A DNA stretch of 39,432 nt, from contig CAZKCK010000002.1 of the NCBI GenBank assembly GCA_964550695.1, forward strand, positions 14,447 to 53,878, given 5' to 3'. The notes beneath the pieces are model-generated. The model did no database searches, was not told where the DNA came from, and saw only the letters and a list, made by a program, of their open reading frames with translations. This document shows positions 1 to 8,739 of this stretch, piece by piece (position 1 is the first letter of the stretch; the number at the start of each line of letters is the position of its first letter). A program made the position numbers and the translations under genes. This DNA comes from an uncultured Bacteroidales bacterium. Lineage in GTDB: Bacteria > Bacteroidota > Bacteroidia > Bacteroidales > TTA-H9.

Positions 1-110
1 AGGCTAAAGGAGTTGGTTTTGAGTGTCGTATTCTGACCGGAAAGGCTGTTGGCAACCAACAGGATGGCGAACAGGCAGAAGAAGAAATTCGTCTTTAAAT
101 TATTCAGCAT
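1..110 (-). CDS. 5' end of an exported protein (partial, runs off window start)
   Basis: Manual translation from ATG at 110: MLNNLKTNFFFCLFAILLVANSLSGQNTTLKTNSFS. This is a Sec signal-peptide pattern with Q after the likely cleavage site, and a -7 promoter box lies just upstream. Confidence 0.65.
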   Translation of the reverse strand, partial: MLNNLKTNFFFCLFAILLVANSLSGQNTTLKTNSFS

Positions 111-139
111 AGGTTTTGTGCATTGGTTCAGTGGAACCA

Positions 140-147
140 CAAAAATA
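140..147 (-). promoter_or_regulatory. Bacteroidota sigmaA -7 element (TATTTTTG) for the gene starting at 110
   Basis: caaaaata on + reads TATTTTTG on -, matching TAnnTTTG, about 30 nt upstream of the ATG. Confidence 0.5.
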
Positions 148-244
148 CTGTTTAAAAAAGATTTTAAGAAAGTGAATGTTAGCACAATTTTTGCAATGAA
201 TCCCGGTCTGATTAAAAATGCGTTTTGCTTTTAAATTTATCACT

Positions 245-1084
245 ATGAAGAGTCCTGATTTGAAAAACCTGATATTTATGTTGTTGGCCTCTATGGTGCT
301 GACTTCATGCAGTTATGAAAAGCAACTGGGAAACCAGTTTATTGCAGCGCAAAGTCAAAACTCCCGCGTTTACCTCTCACCAACCGGTTATATATACAAA
401 ACCAATCAAAAGTATTACAAATCTGAAGCTTCTGTCAAGCAATCGCAGGCAGCTATTGATTCCGTTAAATTTGCCAACAGCAATTTCCTAAAGTATATTT
501 CTGATTCAGTATTTCTTACGGCGTTTACCAATGGCTACCTCGAAGAATTGAATGCCCTGGGATTGAAAGTTTGCCTTGATGGCCCGGTTTCTCCGGATTG
601 TCAATTACTTACAGATAATTATACAGTTAAAATTGATCAGTTAGAACTTCGCGAATTTCTGTTAAAATATACCGATGAACAGTTTATTGTTGATGCTGTT
701 TACCAGAAAGATATTGATCTTGAAGCAGTTTCACTGCATGCCTGGTTTCTGATTAACGGGTACAATTCTCCAAAACCTTCTATAAAGCCCCTCTATGCCG
801 AAAACTATGTGAGTGATGAATTGTTAAAAGGCGAATTTGTAAAAGCCGAAAAAACCGGAAAAATTTTGCATCGTTCAAAAAAAGACAAACTCACGGTTGA
901 AAAAATCTATAAAATGGCAACAGCCCTTGGGCATAAATATGCTTCTTATACCTTTGACTACCTGATGAACCAGTATATCTTTAAAAACTATCCCCACAAC
1001 AGCAAACCCGATATCTATCTGCATTTCGACAGGTTTTCCGGAAAACTGCAACGGGCTGATGAAGAAAGATTTACAAGAGAATAA
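245..1084 (+). CDS. Hypothetical lipoprotein
   Basis: ORF 218..1084. ATG at 245 gives MKSPDLKNLIFMLLASMVLTS-C: basic N-terminus, hydrophobic core and lipobox Cys. No catalytic motif recognised. Confidence 0.7.
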   Translation: MKSPDLKNLIFMLLASMVLTSCSYEKQLGNQFIAAQSQNSRVYLSPTGYIYKTNQKYYKSEASVKQSQAAIDSVKFANSNFLKYISDSVFLTAFTNGYLEELNALGLKVCLDGPVSPDCQLLTDNYTVKIDQLELREFLLKYTDEQFIVDAVYQKDIDLEAVSLHAWFLINGYNSPKPSIKPLYAENYVSDELLKGEFVKAEKTGKILHRSKKDKLTVEKIYKMATALGHKYASYTFDYLMNQYIFKNYPHNSKPDIYLHFDRFSGKLQRADEERFTRE

Positions 1085-1166
1085 ATTCAGAAAAACAAAA
1101 AAAACTTAGCCAACATTTAACTTTTAAATCTTGACGCTTAACACTGCGCTTTTTGCTTTTTCCGTG

Positions 1167-1889
1167 TTACTCCCACCCGCTTGCAAGTAAATCAATAATA
1201 TGAATTGTTTTTATCGGGAGGTTATGCTTTTTGATATAACCTTCCATTTGCATCAGGCATGATGAATCAGTTGAAACAATATATTCTGCACCGGTTTCAA
1301 GTGCATTTTCAACTTTTTGCTGGGCCATGGCGGCACTGATGGGTTCATGTTTTACTGAGAATGTGCCACCAAATCCGCAACACTCATGCGTATCCTTCAT
1401 TTCAATAAGCTCTATGCCACGCACATTTGCGAGCAATTTACGTGGCTGGTCGGTAAGGCGGTATTCTCTCAGCGCTGCACATGAATCGTGATAAGTAACC
1501 TTGTGGGGGAAGCTTGCGCCGACATCTTCAAATTTCAGCACATTCACCACAAAATCAGTGAATTCGTAAAAATTCCTTTTCACCTGTTTGTATTCATTGT
1601 GCAAAGCAGAATTGTGAAAAAGCAAGTGATAATAATTTTTAACAAATCCAGCACAAGATGCTGAAGGACCAACAATTGGCCTGTCGTTTGGAAAATCGCG
1701 GATAAACTTTTCACCTATTGATTTGGCATCATCCCAAAACCCGCTGTTGTAGGCCATTTGTCCGCAACAGGTCTGATTGGCATTGTAATAAACATCAACA
1801 TTTAGTTTTTCCAGAATTTTAACCATGTTCATACCGGTCTCAGGATAAACCTGGTCGATAAAACAGGGAATGAAAATATCAACGATCAT
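1167..1889 (-). CDS. CCG-domain Fe-S protein, LutA/LldE/YkgE family
   Basis: FIPCFIDQ, TCCGQ, SASC, YHDSC, ECCGFGGTF and DSSCLMQ define two cysteine-rich CCG domains; 240 aa. Confidence 0.88.
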   Translation of the reverse strand: MIVDIFIPCFIDQVYPETGMNMVKILEKLNVDVYYNANQTCCGQMAYNSGFWDDAKSIGEKFIRDFPNDRPIVGPSASCAGFVKNYYHLLFHNSALHNEYKQVKRNFYEFTDFVVNVLKFEDVGASFPHKVTYHDSCAALREYRLTDQPRKLLANVRGIELIEMKDTHECCGFGGTFSVKHEPISAAMAQQKVENALETGAEYIVSTDSSCLMQMEGYIKKHNLPIKTIHIIDLLASGWE

Positions 1890-1913
1890 AAAACTTCAGT
1901 TTCTTTTAGCAAA

Positions 1914-1921
1914 CAAAGATA
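1914..1921 (-). promoter_or_regulatory. -7 promoter element (TATCTTTG) for the LutA-like gene
   Basis: caaagata on + reads TATCTTTG; ATTG at 1940-1943 (minus) lies 18 nt further upstream as a possible -33. Confidence 0.55.
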
Positions 1922-1956
1922 CTGTTTTGGATGGTTTATCAATCTGTTTTTTTTAT

Positions 1957-3192
1957 TCAAAAAAACTCAACTGATAGTCCGGCATGTTCAATTTGCTTCC
2001 AGAAACCCGGAAATGACTTACTTACAATATCCGGATTCTCAATGACGATACTCCCGATCCTCAGCGCAAAAACTACAAAAGCCATAGCCATCCGGTGATC
2101 TGAATAAGTTTTAATAATGCTGGGTTTAAATGAAAACGCAGGATTAATTTTGATGGTTGAAATCGCATCATCCCGGGTTGACACGCCTAAACTGTTCAAT
2201 TCGGCAATCATTGCCCCAAACCTGTTGGTCTCTTTATAATGCAAGGTTTGAAGTCCGGTGAAATAGGCCTCCGTGTAATTGCATGCAGATGTGGTCATTA
2301 CGGTTTGGGCAAGGTCAGGACAGTTGGTAAAATCAATCTCCACAAATGATTTAACTGGTCCTCCACCACAAATTGTGAGTCCGTTTGTGCCAGGTGAGGT
2401 GATTACTCCCATGCTTTCGAAAATATCAATAGCCTGGCTATCACCCTGTAAATCAGAAAGCATCAGATTTGGAAATTCAATCTTCATGTTACCGGCAATA
2501 CTACAAATTCCATAAAACGGTGCAGCAGAACTCCAGTCTCTCTCTACTTCTATCACACCTCCTGTATATTCACCTTCCGGTACCTTTATTACCCGGTCAT
2601 TCCATTCACATATAATCCCGAAACGATTCATTAATTTTATAGTCATCTCAATATAGGGCCATGATGCAATGCTTCCTGTAAGGTACAGACTGATTCCCCC
2701 TTTGATGTAGGGGCCAGCCAGCAGGAGTGCCGAAATAAACTGGCTGCTGATGTCAGCCCTTATTTCAATTTCACTGCCCTTAATATCAGATTTGTTGAAG
2801 CGTACCGGCAGAAAACCTTCCTTTTGCAGGTATTCAATATCAGCTCCAAGATCGCGTAATGCTGAAACAAGCGCAGCTATCGGACGATTCTGCATCCGCA
2901 CACTCCCTGTAAGCGTACATTCAGCACCGGTCATTGCCAGATATGCACATAAAAACCGCGCTGCCGTTCCTGCATCATGTATATCAATTACAGGATCAAC
3001 AGATGTGTGTAATTGCTGAAGTGCCTGTTGCAATACCCTGGTATCATCAGAATCTGACAAATTACTGATATTGATCCTGTTTCCTGACAAGGCATTCATA
3101 ATCAGCAGCCGGTTGCTGATACTTTTTGAGGCAGGCAATTCAATGCTGCATGCAACAGGTTTTTCGCTCAGTCTAACTCTTACGTACTTCAT
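1957..3192 (-). CDS. aroA: 3-phosphoshikimate 1-carboxyvinyltransferase (EPSP synthase)
   Basis: LPASKSISNR, DAGTAARF, SSQFISALL, DWSSA, KETNR, DHRMAM and VSKSFPGFW motifs. Confidence 0.96.
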   Translation of the reverse strand: MKYVRVRLSEKPVACSIELPASKSISNRLLIMNALSGNRINISNLSDSDDTRVLQQALQQLHTSVDPVIDIHDAGTAARFLCAYLAMTGAECTLTGSVRMQNRPIAALVSALRDLGADIEYLQKEGFLPVRFNKSDIKGSEIEIRADISSQFISALLLAGPYIKGGISLYLTGSIASWPYIEMTIKLMNRFGIICEWNDRVIKVPEGEYTGGVIEVERDWSSAAPFYGICSIAGNMKIEFPNLMLSDLQGDSQAIDIFESMGVITSPGTNGLTICGGGPVKSFVEIDFTNCPDLAQTVMTTSACNYTEAYFTGLQTLHYKETNRFGAMIAELNSLGVSTRDDAISTIKINPAFSFKPSIIKTYSDHRMAMAFVVFALRIGSIVIENPDIVSKSFPGFWKQIEHAGLSVEFF

Positions 3193-4268
3193 ATATTATT
3201 CTGACTTCGTGTGAATTTAAGGGCATCAACATACTGTTCCCCGGAAATATTAATATCGTTTCTTATACTTCCCGGTTCAATCAAAAGGCTACAGTTTATA
3301 ACTCCATTCCTGTTTTTTTTATCGTGAAACGAAAGCTTATAAACACTTTCAACGTCAAAATCAGGAATTTTAAACCACTTCAAAATAAAATCACGGATAA
3401 ATTTACCAGTCTCATGGCTTAGCCCGCACAACAATTCGGAGAGATAAGTTTCCGCAATCATTCCAACTGCTATAGCTTCACCATGCAATATAGTTTCAGC
3501 GGGGCCGGCATTCAGCAGAAAAGCTTCAAGTGCATGACCCACGGTGTGGCCAAAATTCAGTGCCTTGCGCCCATTTTGATCAAAAGGATCGCTGATCACA
3601 AATCCGTTTTTAACTTTAACCGATTCAATAATCAGTTCAGGATTATCCGGTATAGTGTCGGGAATTGTAGTACAGATTTTTTTCCAATGCAACCCACCCT
3701 CAAGAAGGCCATGCTTAATCATTTCTGCAAATCCTGATAAAAGCTCACGTTTTGGAAGTGTTTTTAAAAACACTGCTGCTGAAAAAACTGACAACGGAAA
3801 CGAAAACAGCCCGATCTGGTTTTTAATTCCGCTAAAATCCACACCGTTTTTACCACCAACAGAAGCATCTACCATGGCAAGCAGTGAAGTTGGAACATTG
3901 ATGAACCTTATCCCCCGTTTGTACAATGATGCAGCAAATCCACCAATGTCAGTAACCATACCGCCGCCAAGATTTATACAAACCGCATTGCGTGGAATTT
4001 CATTTTGTGTGAATTGCTGCCAGATTTGAATGCATGATGTCAGGGTTTTTGCCTTTTCTCCTGCTTCTGTAACAATTACAAGAGGCTCTTTTGCAAATTT
4101 CACCCGCTCAAGCAAAAGCGGGAGGCAAAAAACAGCAGTATTGGTATCACATATTATAATAAACCTGTCACATTCAGGCATTTCAGAAATAAATTGCTGC
4201 AATCCTGCAAGTGTGGAATCAAAAATTACATTGTGTTTAAAACTATGAATGACGCGGGAATTATACAT
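3189..4268 (-). CDS. aroB: 3-dehydroquinate synthase
   Basis: GEKAK, LGGGMVTDIGGF, PTSLLAMVDASVGGKNG, AEMIKH, LNFGHTVGHALE and HGEAIAVG. 4-nt overlap with aroA. ATG at 4268 preferred over GTG at 4274. Confidence 0.96.
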   Translation of the reverse strand: MYNSRVIHSFKHNVIFDSTLAGLQQFISEMPECDRFIIICDTNTAVFCLPLLLERVKFAKEPLVIVTEAGEKAKTLTSCIQIWQQFTQNEIPRNAVCINLGGGMVTDIGGFAASLYKRGIRFINVPTSLLAMVDASVGGKNGVDFSGIKNQIGLFSFPLSVFSAAVFLKTLPKRELLSGFAEMIKHGLLEGGLHWKKICTTIPDTIPDNPELIIESVKVKNGFVISDPFDQNGRKALNFGHTVGHALEAFLLNAGPAETILHGEAIAVGMIAETYLSELLCGLSHETGKFIRDFILKWFKIPDFDVESVYKLSFHDKKNRNGVINCSLLIEPGSIRNDINISGEQYVDALKFTRSQNNI

Positions 4269-4287
4269 GAACACTTTTTATTTAAAA

Positions 4288-4315
4288 CAAAAGTAACATA
4301 TCTGCTTCAAATGTA
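4288..4315 (-). promoter_or_regulatory. Two tandem candidate -7 elements upstream of aroB
   Basis: TACTTTTG (4288-4295) and TACATTTG (4308-4315) on the minus strand both match TAnnTTTG. Confidence 0.45.
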
Positions 4316-4380
4316 ATAAGAACGGCATGTACTTTGATATATGCAAAAATTCGCATATAAACTTTAAACAAATCCGGCAA

Positions 4381-4632
4381 ATGACAGAAAACGAAAGCAC
4401 CAACAAAAAGAATACAATCATTCAATTAATTACAAAGCGCATTGCTTTACCGGCGCTAATCGGAACCATCGCAGGTGCTGCCGGTGGATTTGCCTATTAC
4501 TACTTTATCGGATGCAGTTCCGGAACATGCCCGATTACTTCAAGCCCATATATATCAATACTTTGGGGAAGCTTAATGGGCTATTTACTGGGCGATATGT
4601 TTGTTAAAAAGAATACTACCAAAGAATCCTGA
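4381..4632 (+). CDS. Small membrane protein, DUF6132-like
   Basis: Two Gly-rich hydrophobic helices flank YYYFIGCSSGTCPITSSP. ATG at 4381 preferred over 4327. Confidence 0.75.
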   Translation: MTENESTNKKNTIIQLITKRIALPALIGTIAGAAGGFAYYYFIGCSSGTCPITSSPYISILWGSLMGYLLGDMFVKKNTTKES

Positions 4633-4637
4633 GAAAA

Positions 4638-4988
4638 TTATTTTTCCAACAGCCAGTGATTCTTTTTTGGCAGGCTTTTTACAACTTCCTCATAAGAATG
4701 GTCGATCCAGTTTAATAAAAGTTCATCGCTTACTGAACCATCACAGGCCACAGTATTCCAGTGTTTTTTATTAAAATGATAACCCGGAGTTACAGCCGGG
4801 TACATTTCGCGCAACCTTACAGCCGACTCAGGTTCGCATTTTAGAGCGATTGCGAAGGCATTTTCGGTATCGGTGAGGGCAAACATTTTACCCATCACTT
4901 TAAACACAAGCGTTGTTTCGTCAAACGGAAAGCATTCTGTGACCTCCCTTTTTGACAGACAGTAATTTCTGAATTCTTCGATATTCAT
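4638..4988 (-). CDS. MmcQ/YjbR family DNA-binding protein
   Basis: FPFDETTLVFKVMGKMFAL, LKCEP, PGYHFNKKHWNTV and IDHSY; 116 aa. Confidence 0.92.
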   Translation of the reverse strand: MNIEEFRNYCLSKREVTECFPFDETTLVFKVMGKMFALTDTENAFAIALKCEPESAVRLREMYPAVTPGYHFNKKHWNTVACDGSVSDELLLNWIDHSYEEVVKSLPKKNHWLLEK

Positions 4989-5089
4989 TTTTTAAGATTT
5001 TTTAACAATTACAAGGGGTCAAACAACAAAACAGACAAAATCAGAACATTTTGTAATACACCATTTTATACAAATTGAGTAACCGGCAA

Positions 5090-5119
5090 CAAAGTTACTG
5101 AATTTGCTTTTAGCTCAAA
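5090..5119 (-). promoter_or_regulatory. sigmaA promoter for the mmcQ-like gene
   Basis: On minus: TTTG (5116-5119), 18 nt, TAACTTTG (5090-5097). Confidence 0.6.
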
Positions 5120-5133
5120 ATGGATTACTTTTG
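5103..5133 (+). promoter_or_regulatory. sigmaA promoter for the carboxyltransferase operon
   Basis: TTTG (5103-5106), 19 nt, TACTTTTG (5126-5133): consensus Bacteroidota -33/-7. Confidence 0.7.
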
Positions 5134-5193
5134 CGCCTACTTTGGCAAGAAATGTTTAATAAATTAATTGTACATTAACCAAAACACACAGGT

Positions 5194-6738
5194 ATGTCAT
5201 TAAGCCAAAAGATCTCCGAACTTAAACGGAGGATGCGGGAAGCGTCAGAAGGCGGAGGAACAAAAGCTGTTGAAAGTCAGAAAGCTAAAGGCAAACTTAC
5301 AGCCCGTGAACGGATTTTATCACTACTGGATGCTAAATCGTTTCATGAGTATGATATGTTTGTTGCCCATGCCGGCAAAGACTTTGACATGGATAAGAAG
5401 TTTCTTCCCGGCGACGGAGTAATTACCGGAACCGGAACCATCAGTGGTTATCCCGTTTGTATTTATGCGCAGGACTTTACAGTTGCAGGTGGTTCGCTGG
5501 GATATGCCCACGCCAAGAAAATTGTAAAGATTATGGACCATGCCATGAAGCTAAAGGTTCCTATTATTGGCATCAACGATTCAGGCGGCGCCAGAATTCA
5601 GGAAGGTGTAAATGCCCTTGCCGGTTACGGTGATATTTTTTACCGAAATACATTGGCTTCAGGTGTTATACCACAAATTTCCGTCATTCTCGGCCCATGT
5701 GCCGGTGGTGCTGTTTATTCTCCTGCCCTTACTGATTTTGTTTTTGTGGTGGATAAAATTTCACAAATGTTCATTACCGGCCCCGAAGTTATCAAGACTG
5801 TTCTGGGTGAAGAAATCTCAAAAGAAGACCTGGGCGGAGCCAAAGTGCAGGCCGAAATTACCGGAAATGCGCATTTTTATGCTGAAAGCGAAAACCAGTG
5901 TTTTGAGCAAATCAAGCAATTGGTCAGTTTTATCCCCTGGAACAACGAGAACAGGGCAAAACAATTCCCCAAGAAAGCTCCCAAGCGTCAATATAAAATC
6001 GATGAAATTATTCCTACCGATCCTTCCGAACCCTATGATGTTCGCGATGTGGTAAAAGCACTGGTGGATGATTCAGAATTTCTGGAAGTTCATGAATTAT
6101 TTGCTCCGAATATTGTAGTAGGTTTTTCAAGGATCACCGGCCAAAGCGTTGGCATTGTGGCCAATCAGCCCATGGTTCTTGCAGGTGTACTCGATGTTGA
6201 CTCCAGTGACAAAGCCGGAAGGTTTATACGTTTCTGCGATGCTTTCAATATTCCGCTGGTTACACTTGTTGACCTTCCGGGTTATCTGCCCGGTGTTGAT
6301 CAGGAGCACGCCGGTGTTATCAGACATGGTGCCAAGGTGCTTTACGCTTACTCAGAAGCATCAGTTCCCAAAATTACGGTCATTATGCGCAAAGCTTACG
6401 GAGGTGGTTACATTGCAATGTGTTCGCACCATCTGAAAGCTGACTTTGTACTTGCATGGCCTACAGCCGAAATTGCTGTAATGGGTCCTGAAGGAGCTGC
6501 CAACATCATTTTCAAGAAAGAAATTTCTGAAGCTGCGGATCCGAATGCCATGCGCAAGCAAAAAATAGAAGAGTATAAGGAAAAATTCGCAAATCCTTAT
6601 GTGGCTGCTGCATATGGTTATGTTGATGCAGTTGTTGAGCCGGGTGAAACAAGGCACTTTGTGGCTCATGCCCTTGAAATTTCTACCGTTAAATCTGAAC
6701 CCAGGCCATACAAAAAGCATGGAATTCCTCCATTCTAA
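5194..6738 (+). CDS. Acyl-CoA carboxylase carboxyltransferase subunit (PccB/MmdA family)
   Basis: GKLTARERI, QDFTVAGGS, DSGGARIQEG, GPCAGGAVYSPA, RFCDAFNIP, RKAYGG and C-terminal KKHG. Substrate and direction not determinable. Confidence 0.93.
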   Translation: MSLSQKISELKRRMREASEGGGTKAVESQKAKGKLTARERILSLLDAKSFHEYDMFVAHAGKDFDMDKKFLPGDGVITGTGTISGYPVCIYAQDFTVAGGSLGYAHAKKIVKIMDHAMKLKVPIIGINDSGGARIQEGVNALAGYGDIFYRNTLASGVIPQISVILGPCAGGAVYSPALTDFVFVVDKISQMFITGPEVIKTVLGEEISKEDLGGAKVQAEITGNAHFYAESENQCFEQIKQLVSFIPWNNENRAKQFPKKAPKRQYKIDEIIPTDPSEPYDVRDVVKALVDDSEFLEVHELFAPNIVVGFSRITGQSVGIVANQPMVLAGVLDVDSSDKAGRFIRFCDAFNIPLVTLVDLPGYLPGVDQEHAGVIRHGAKVLYAYSEASVPKITVIMRKAYGGGYIAMCSHHLKADFVLAWPTAEIAVMGPEGAANIIFKKEISEAADPNAMRKQKIEEYKEKFANPYVAAAYGYVDAVVEPGETRHFVAHALEISTVKSEPRPYKKHGIPPF

Positions 6739-6788
6739 AAGTTTAACAGGCTTGTAAAATCTGGATTATTAACTAATAATGGAATTAC

Positions 6789-7118
6789 ATGGATCAGGAA
6801 AAAACACCCCAACCACTCGAACTGTTTAACGTTGACGGTTCCATATATAAGACTACCTTATCGACCAAATACAGGCTTCGTAAACCCTATGAAATACCTG
6901 ATTCAAACATGATTACGGCGTTTATTCCAGGCAATATCCTTGAGATTTACGTAAAAGAAAAACAAAAGGTTAAAGCCGGTGAAAAATTACTGATACTAGT
7001 GGCTATGAAAATGAACAACATTTTGATAGCTCCGTATGATGCTGTAATTAAAAAAATTAATGTTAAGCCCGGTGATAAGGTTCCAAAGGATTATTTGCTG
7101 GTGCAACTGAAAAAATGA
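6789..7118 (+). CDS. Biotin carboxyl carrier protein (biotinyl domain)
   Basis: AFIPGNI...VKAGEKLLILVAMKMNNILIAPYDAVIKKINVKPGD, with the AMKM biotinylation site; adjacent to the carboxyltransferase. Confidence 0.88.
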   Translation: MDQEKTPQPLELFNVDGSIYKTTLSTKYRLRKPYEIPDSNMITAFIPGNILEIYVKEKQKVKAGEKLLILVAMKMNNILIAPYDAVIKKINVKPGDKVPKDYLLVQLKK

Positions 7119-7124
7119 TATCTA

Positions 7125-7763
7125 TCAGGATTCCAATAAACTATTTTTTGAAGCCACCTGCTGTTGCTTGAAAAACAGGTTGTTGTTTTCCACAAAATCA
7201 AGAATTTCTGTTTTCCCGGCACCAGTTATTGCTGATGTAACAATAAACTCCGGCATTTCATCCCATGATTGCCGGAGTTCATTTTTATAAGTTTCCAGAC
7301 TATTCTGAAGAATTGTTTTTCCGAGTTTCTCTGATTTGGTAAATACAATAATCAGCGGTAAGCCACATTCACCCAGATAGCTGATAAACTCAATATCAAT
7401 TTTTTGAGGAGCTATCCGTGAATCAACCAACACAAAGGTATTGAGCAGGTTACGGCGCCCGGTAAGAAAAGTCCTGATCATATCAGGCCATTTTTCTCTG
7501 GTGGTTTTTGAGATACGTGCATACCCGTATCCCGGAAGGTCAGTCAGATACCACGATTTATCGATGATATAATGATTGATGGTTTGCGTTTTTCCCGGCG
7601 TGTTTGACGTCTTTGCAAGGCCTTTGCGCCCGGTGAGCATATTTATCAGCGACGACTTACCCACATTTGACCGACCGATAAAAGCATATTCGGGAAGGTT
7701 GTCTTTTGGGCATTTCGACAAATCTGTTATGCTTGAAACAAACGCGGCTTCTTTAATGACCAT
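7125..7763 (-). CDS. engB: Ribosome biogenesis GTPase YihA/YsxC
   Basis: PEYAFIGRSNVGKSSLIN (G1), TPGKT, DLPGYGYA (G3) and TKSE (G4 variant). Confidence 0.96.
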   Translation of the reverse strand: MVIKEAAFVSSITDLSKCPKDNLPEYAFIGRSNVGKSSLINMLTGRKGLAKTSNTPGKTQTINHYIIDKSWYLTDLPGYGYARISKTTREKWPDMIRTFLTGRRNLLNTFVLVDSRIAPQKIDIEFISYLGECGLPLIIVFTKSEKLGKTILQNSLETYKNELRQSWDEMPEFIVTSAITGAGKTEILDFVENNNLFFKQQQVASKNSLLES

Positions 7764-8733
7764 CTGTTTTCCTCCTGATCCTCAGTTTAAAATTCCTAAG
7801 GTTTATTTTCTTGATATAGGTAGCCAGATGTCTGGTTTTTTTCTTTTCATATACATCATTGATCGTGATGAGAATGCCCGTTTCTTCAACATTGCCGAAT
7901 GATTTATTGATGGCAGTACCAAAAAAACGCATGGTGGGCGAAAGGTTCATGTAAGCATTTACCAGCGGAGGAATATTTTCTTTAAATTCTCTGACAGTTT
8001 GGTTCAAAATGCGGTAGTTTTCATCGTAAGTACTTCCATTGAAAAGCTTTTCGAATTCACAATCCGGGCATTGAATCTCCACAGGTTCATGCGGATAAAC
8101 CAAATGGTCAGGATCGGGGAAATAGGTATGCAGAAAATACAACAAAGTATCACGGGCCTGCAGGTGATAATGTGTGTACATGGTCATTTTGCCAAAAAAA
8201 TACTTCACATTCGGATATTCAATTACAATTGCGCCAAGCCCGTCCCACAGGTTATCAAGTGAAAACATGCCCTTGCGCACATTAAAGGATGCCTGATAAG
8301 CAGGTTGAACAAAAGACCGTCCGAGTTCAATGGTCACCGGCACAAATTCATCAATAAACTTTTGGGTAAAATGAAAGAGATGAGCCGTTGGCGAAAGAAA
8401 ACTTCCGGTTTTTGACCTTGGCAGATCCTGACAATGAATAAACCTGTAGCCACCAATAATCTCCTCATCATCAGGATCCCAGACGATAAGCTGCTGAAAT
8501 GGGTTTCGGGCAGTATCATAAATATCTATATCAAGTTCCTTCCCGGTTCCACCACCGGCATCGCGGAACGACAGTTCACGCAGACGGCCTATTTCACGCA
8601 TTACATTCGGTGAATCATGATGTGTAACAATAAAAATCTGCCTTTTGCCATAATTGGTGTTCCTGAGAAATTTTTTCTCGGTGAGTTCCATCGCGATCAA
8701 CTCACGATCAACTTTAGGAATTAAAGGTTCCAT
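7753..8733 (-). CDS. GNAT-fold amino-acid N-acyltransferase (OlsB/GlsB-like; often labelled hemolysin)
   Basis: REIGRLRELSFRDAGGGTG..DIDIYD, IIGGYR, IELGRSFV and IPPLVNAY; paired with a PlsC-type acyltransferase. Confidence 0.8.
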   Translation of the reverse strand: MEPLIPKVDRELIAMELTEKKFLRNTNYGKRQIFIVTHHDSPNVMREIGRLRELSFRDAGGGTGKELDIDIYDTARNPFQQLIVWDPDDEEIIGGYRFIHCQDLPRSKTGSFLSPTAHLFHFTQKFIDEFVPVTIELGRSFVQPAYQASFNVRKGMFSLDNLWDGLGAIVIEYPNVKYFFGKMTMYTHYHLQARDTLLYFLHTYFPDPDHLVYPHEPVEIQCPDCEFEKLFNGSTYDENYRILNQTVREFKENIPPLVNAYMNLSPTMRFFGTAINKSFGNVEETGILITINDVYEKKKTRHLATYIKKINLRNFKLRIRRKTDGH

Positions 8734-8739
8734 ACTTTA

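Noticed and set aside
49-234. 61-aa + strand ORF
   Set aside because: Antisense to a convincing signal-peptide gene starting at 110 and spanning promoter DNA.
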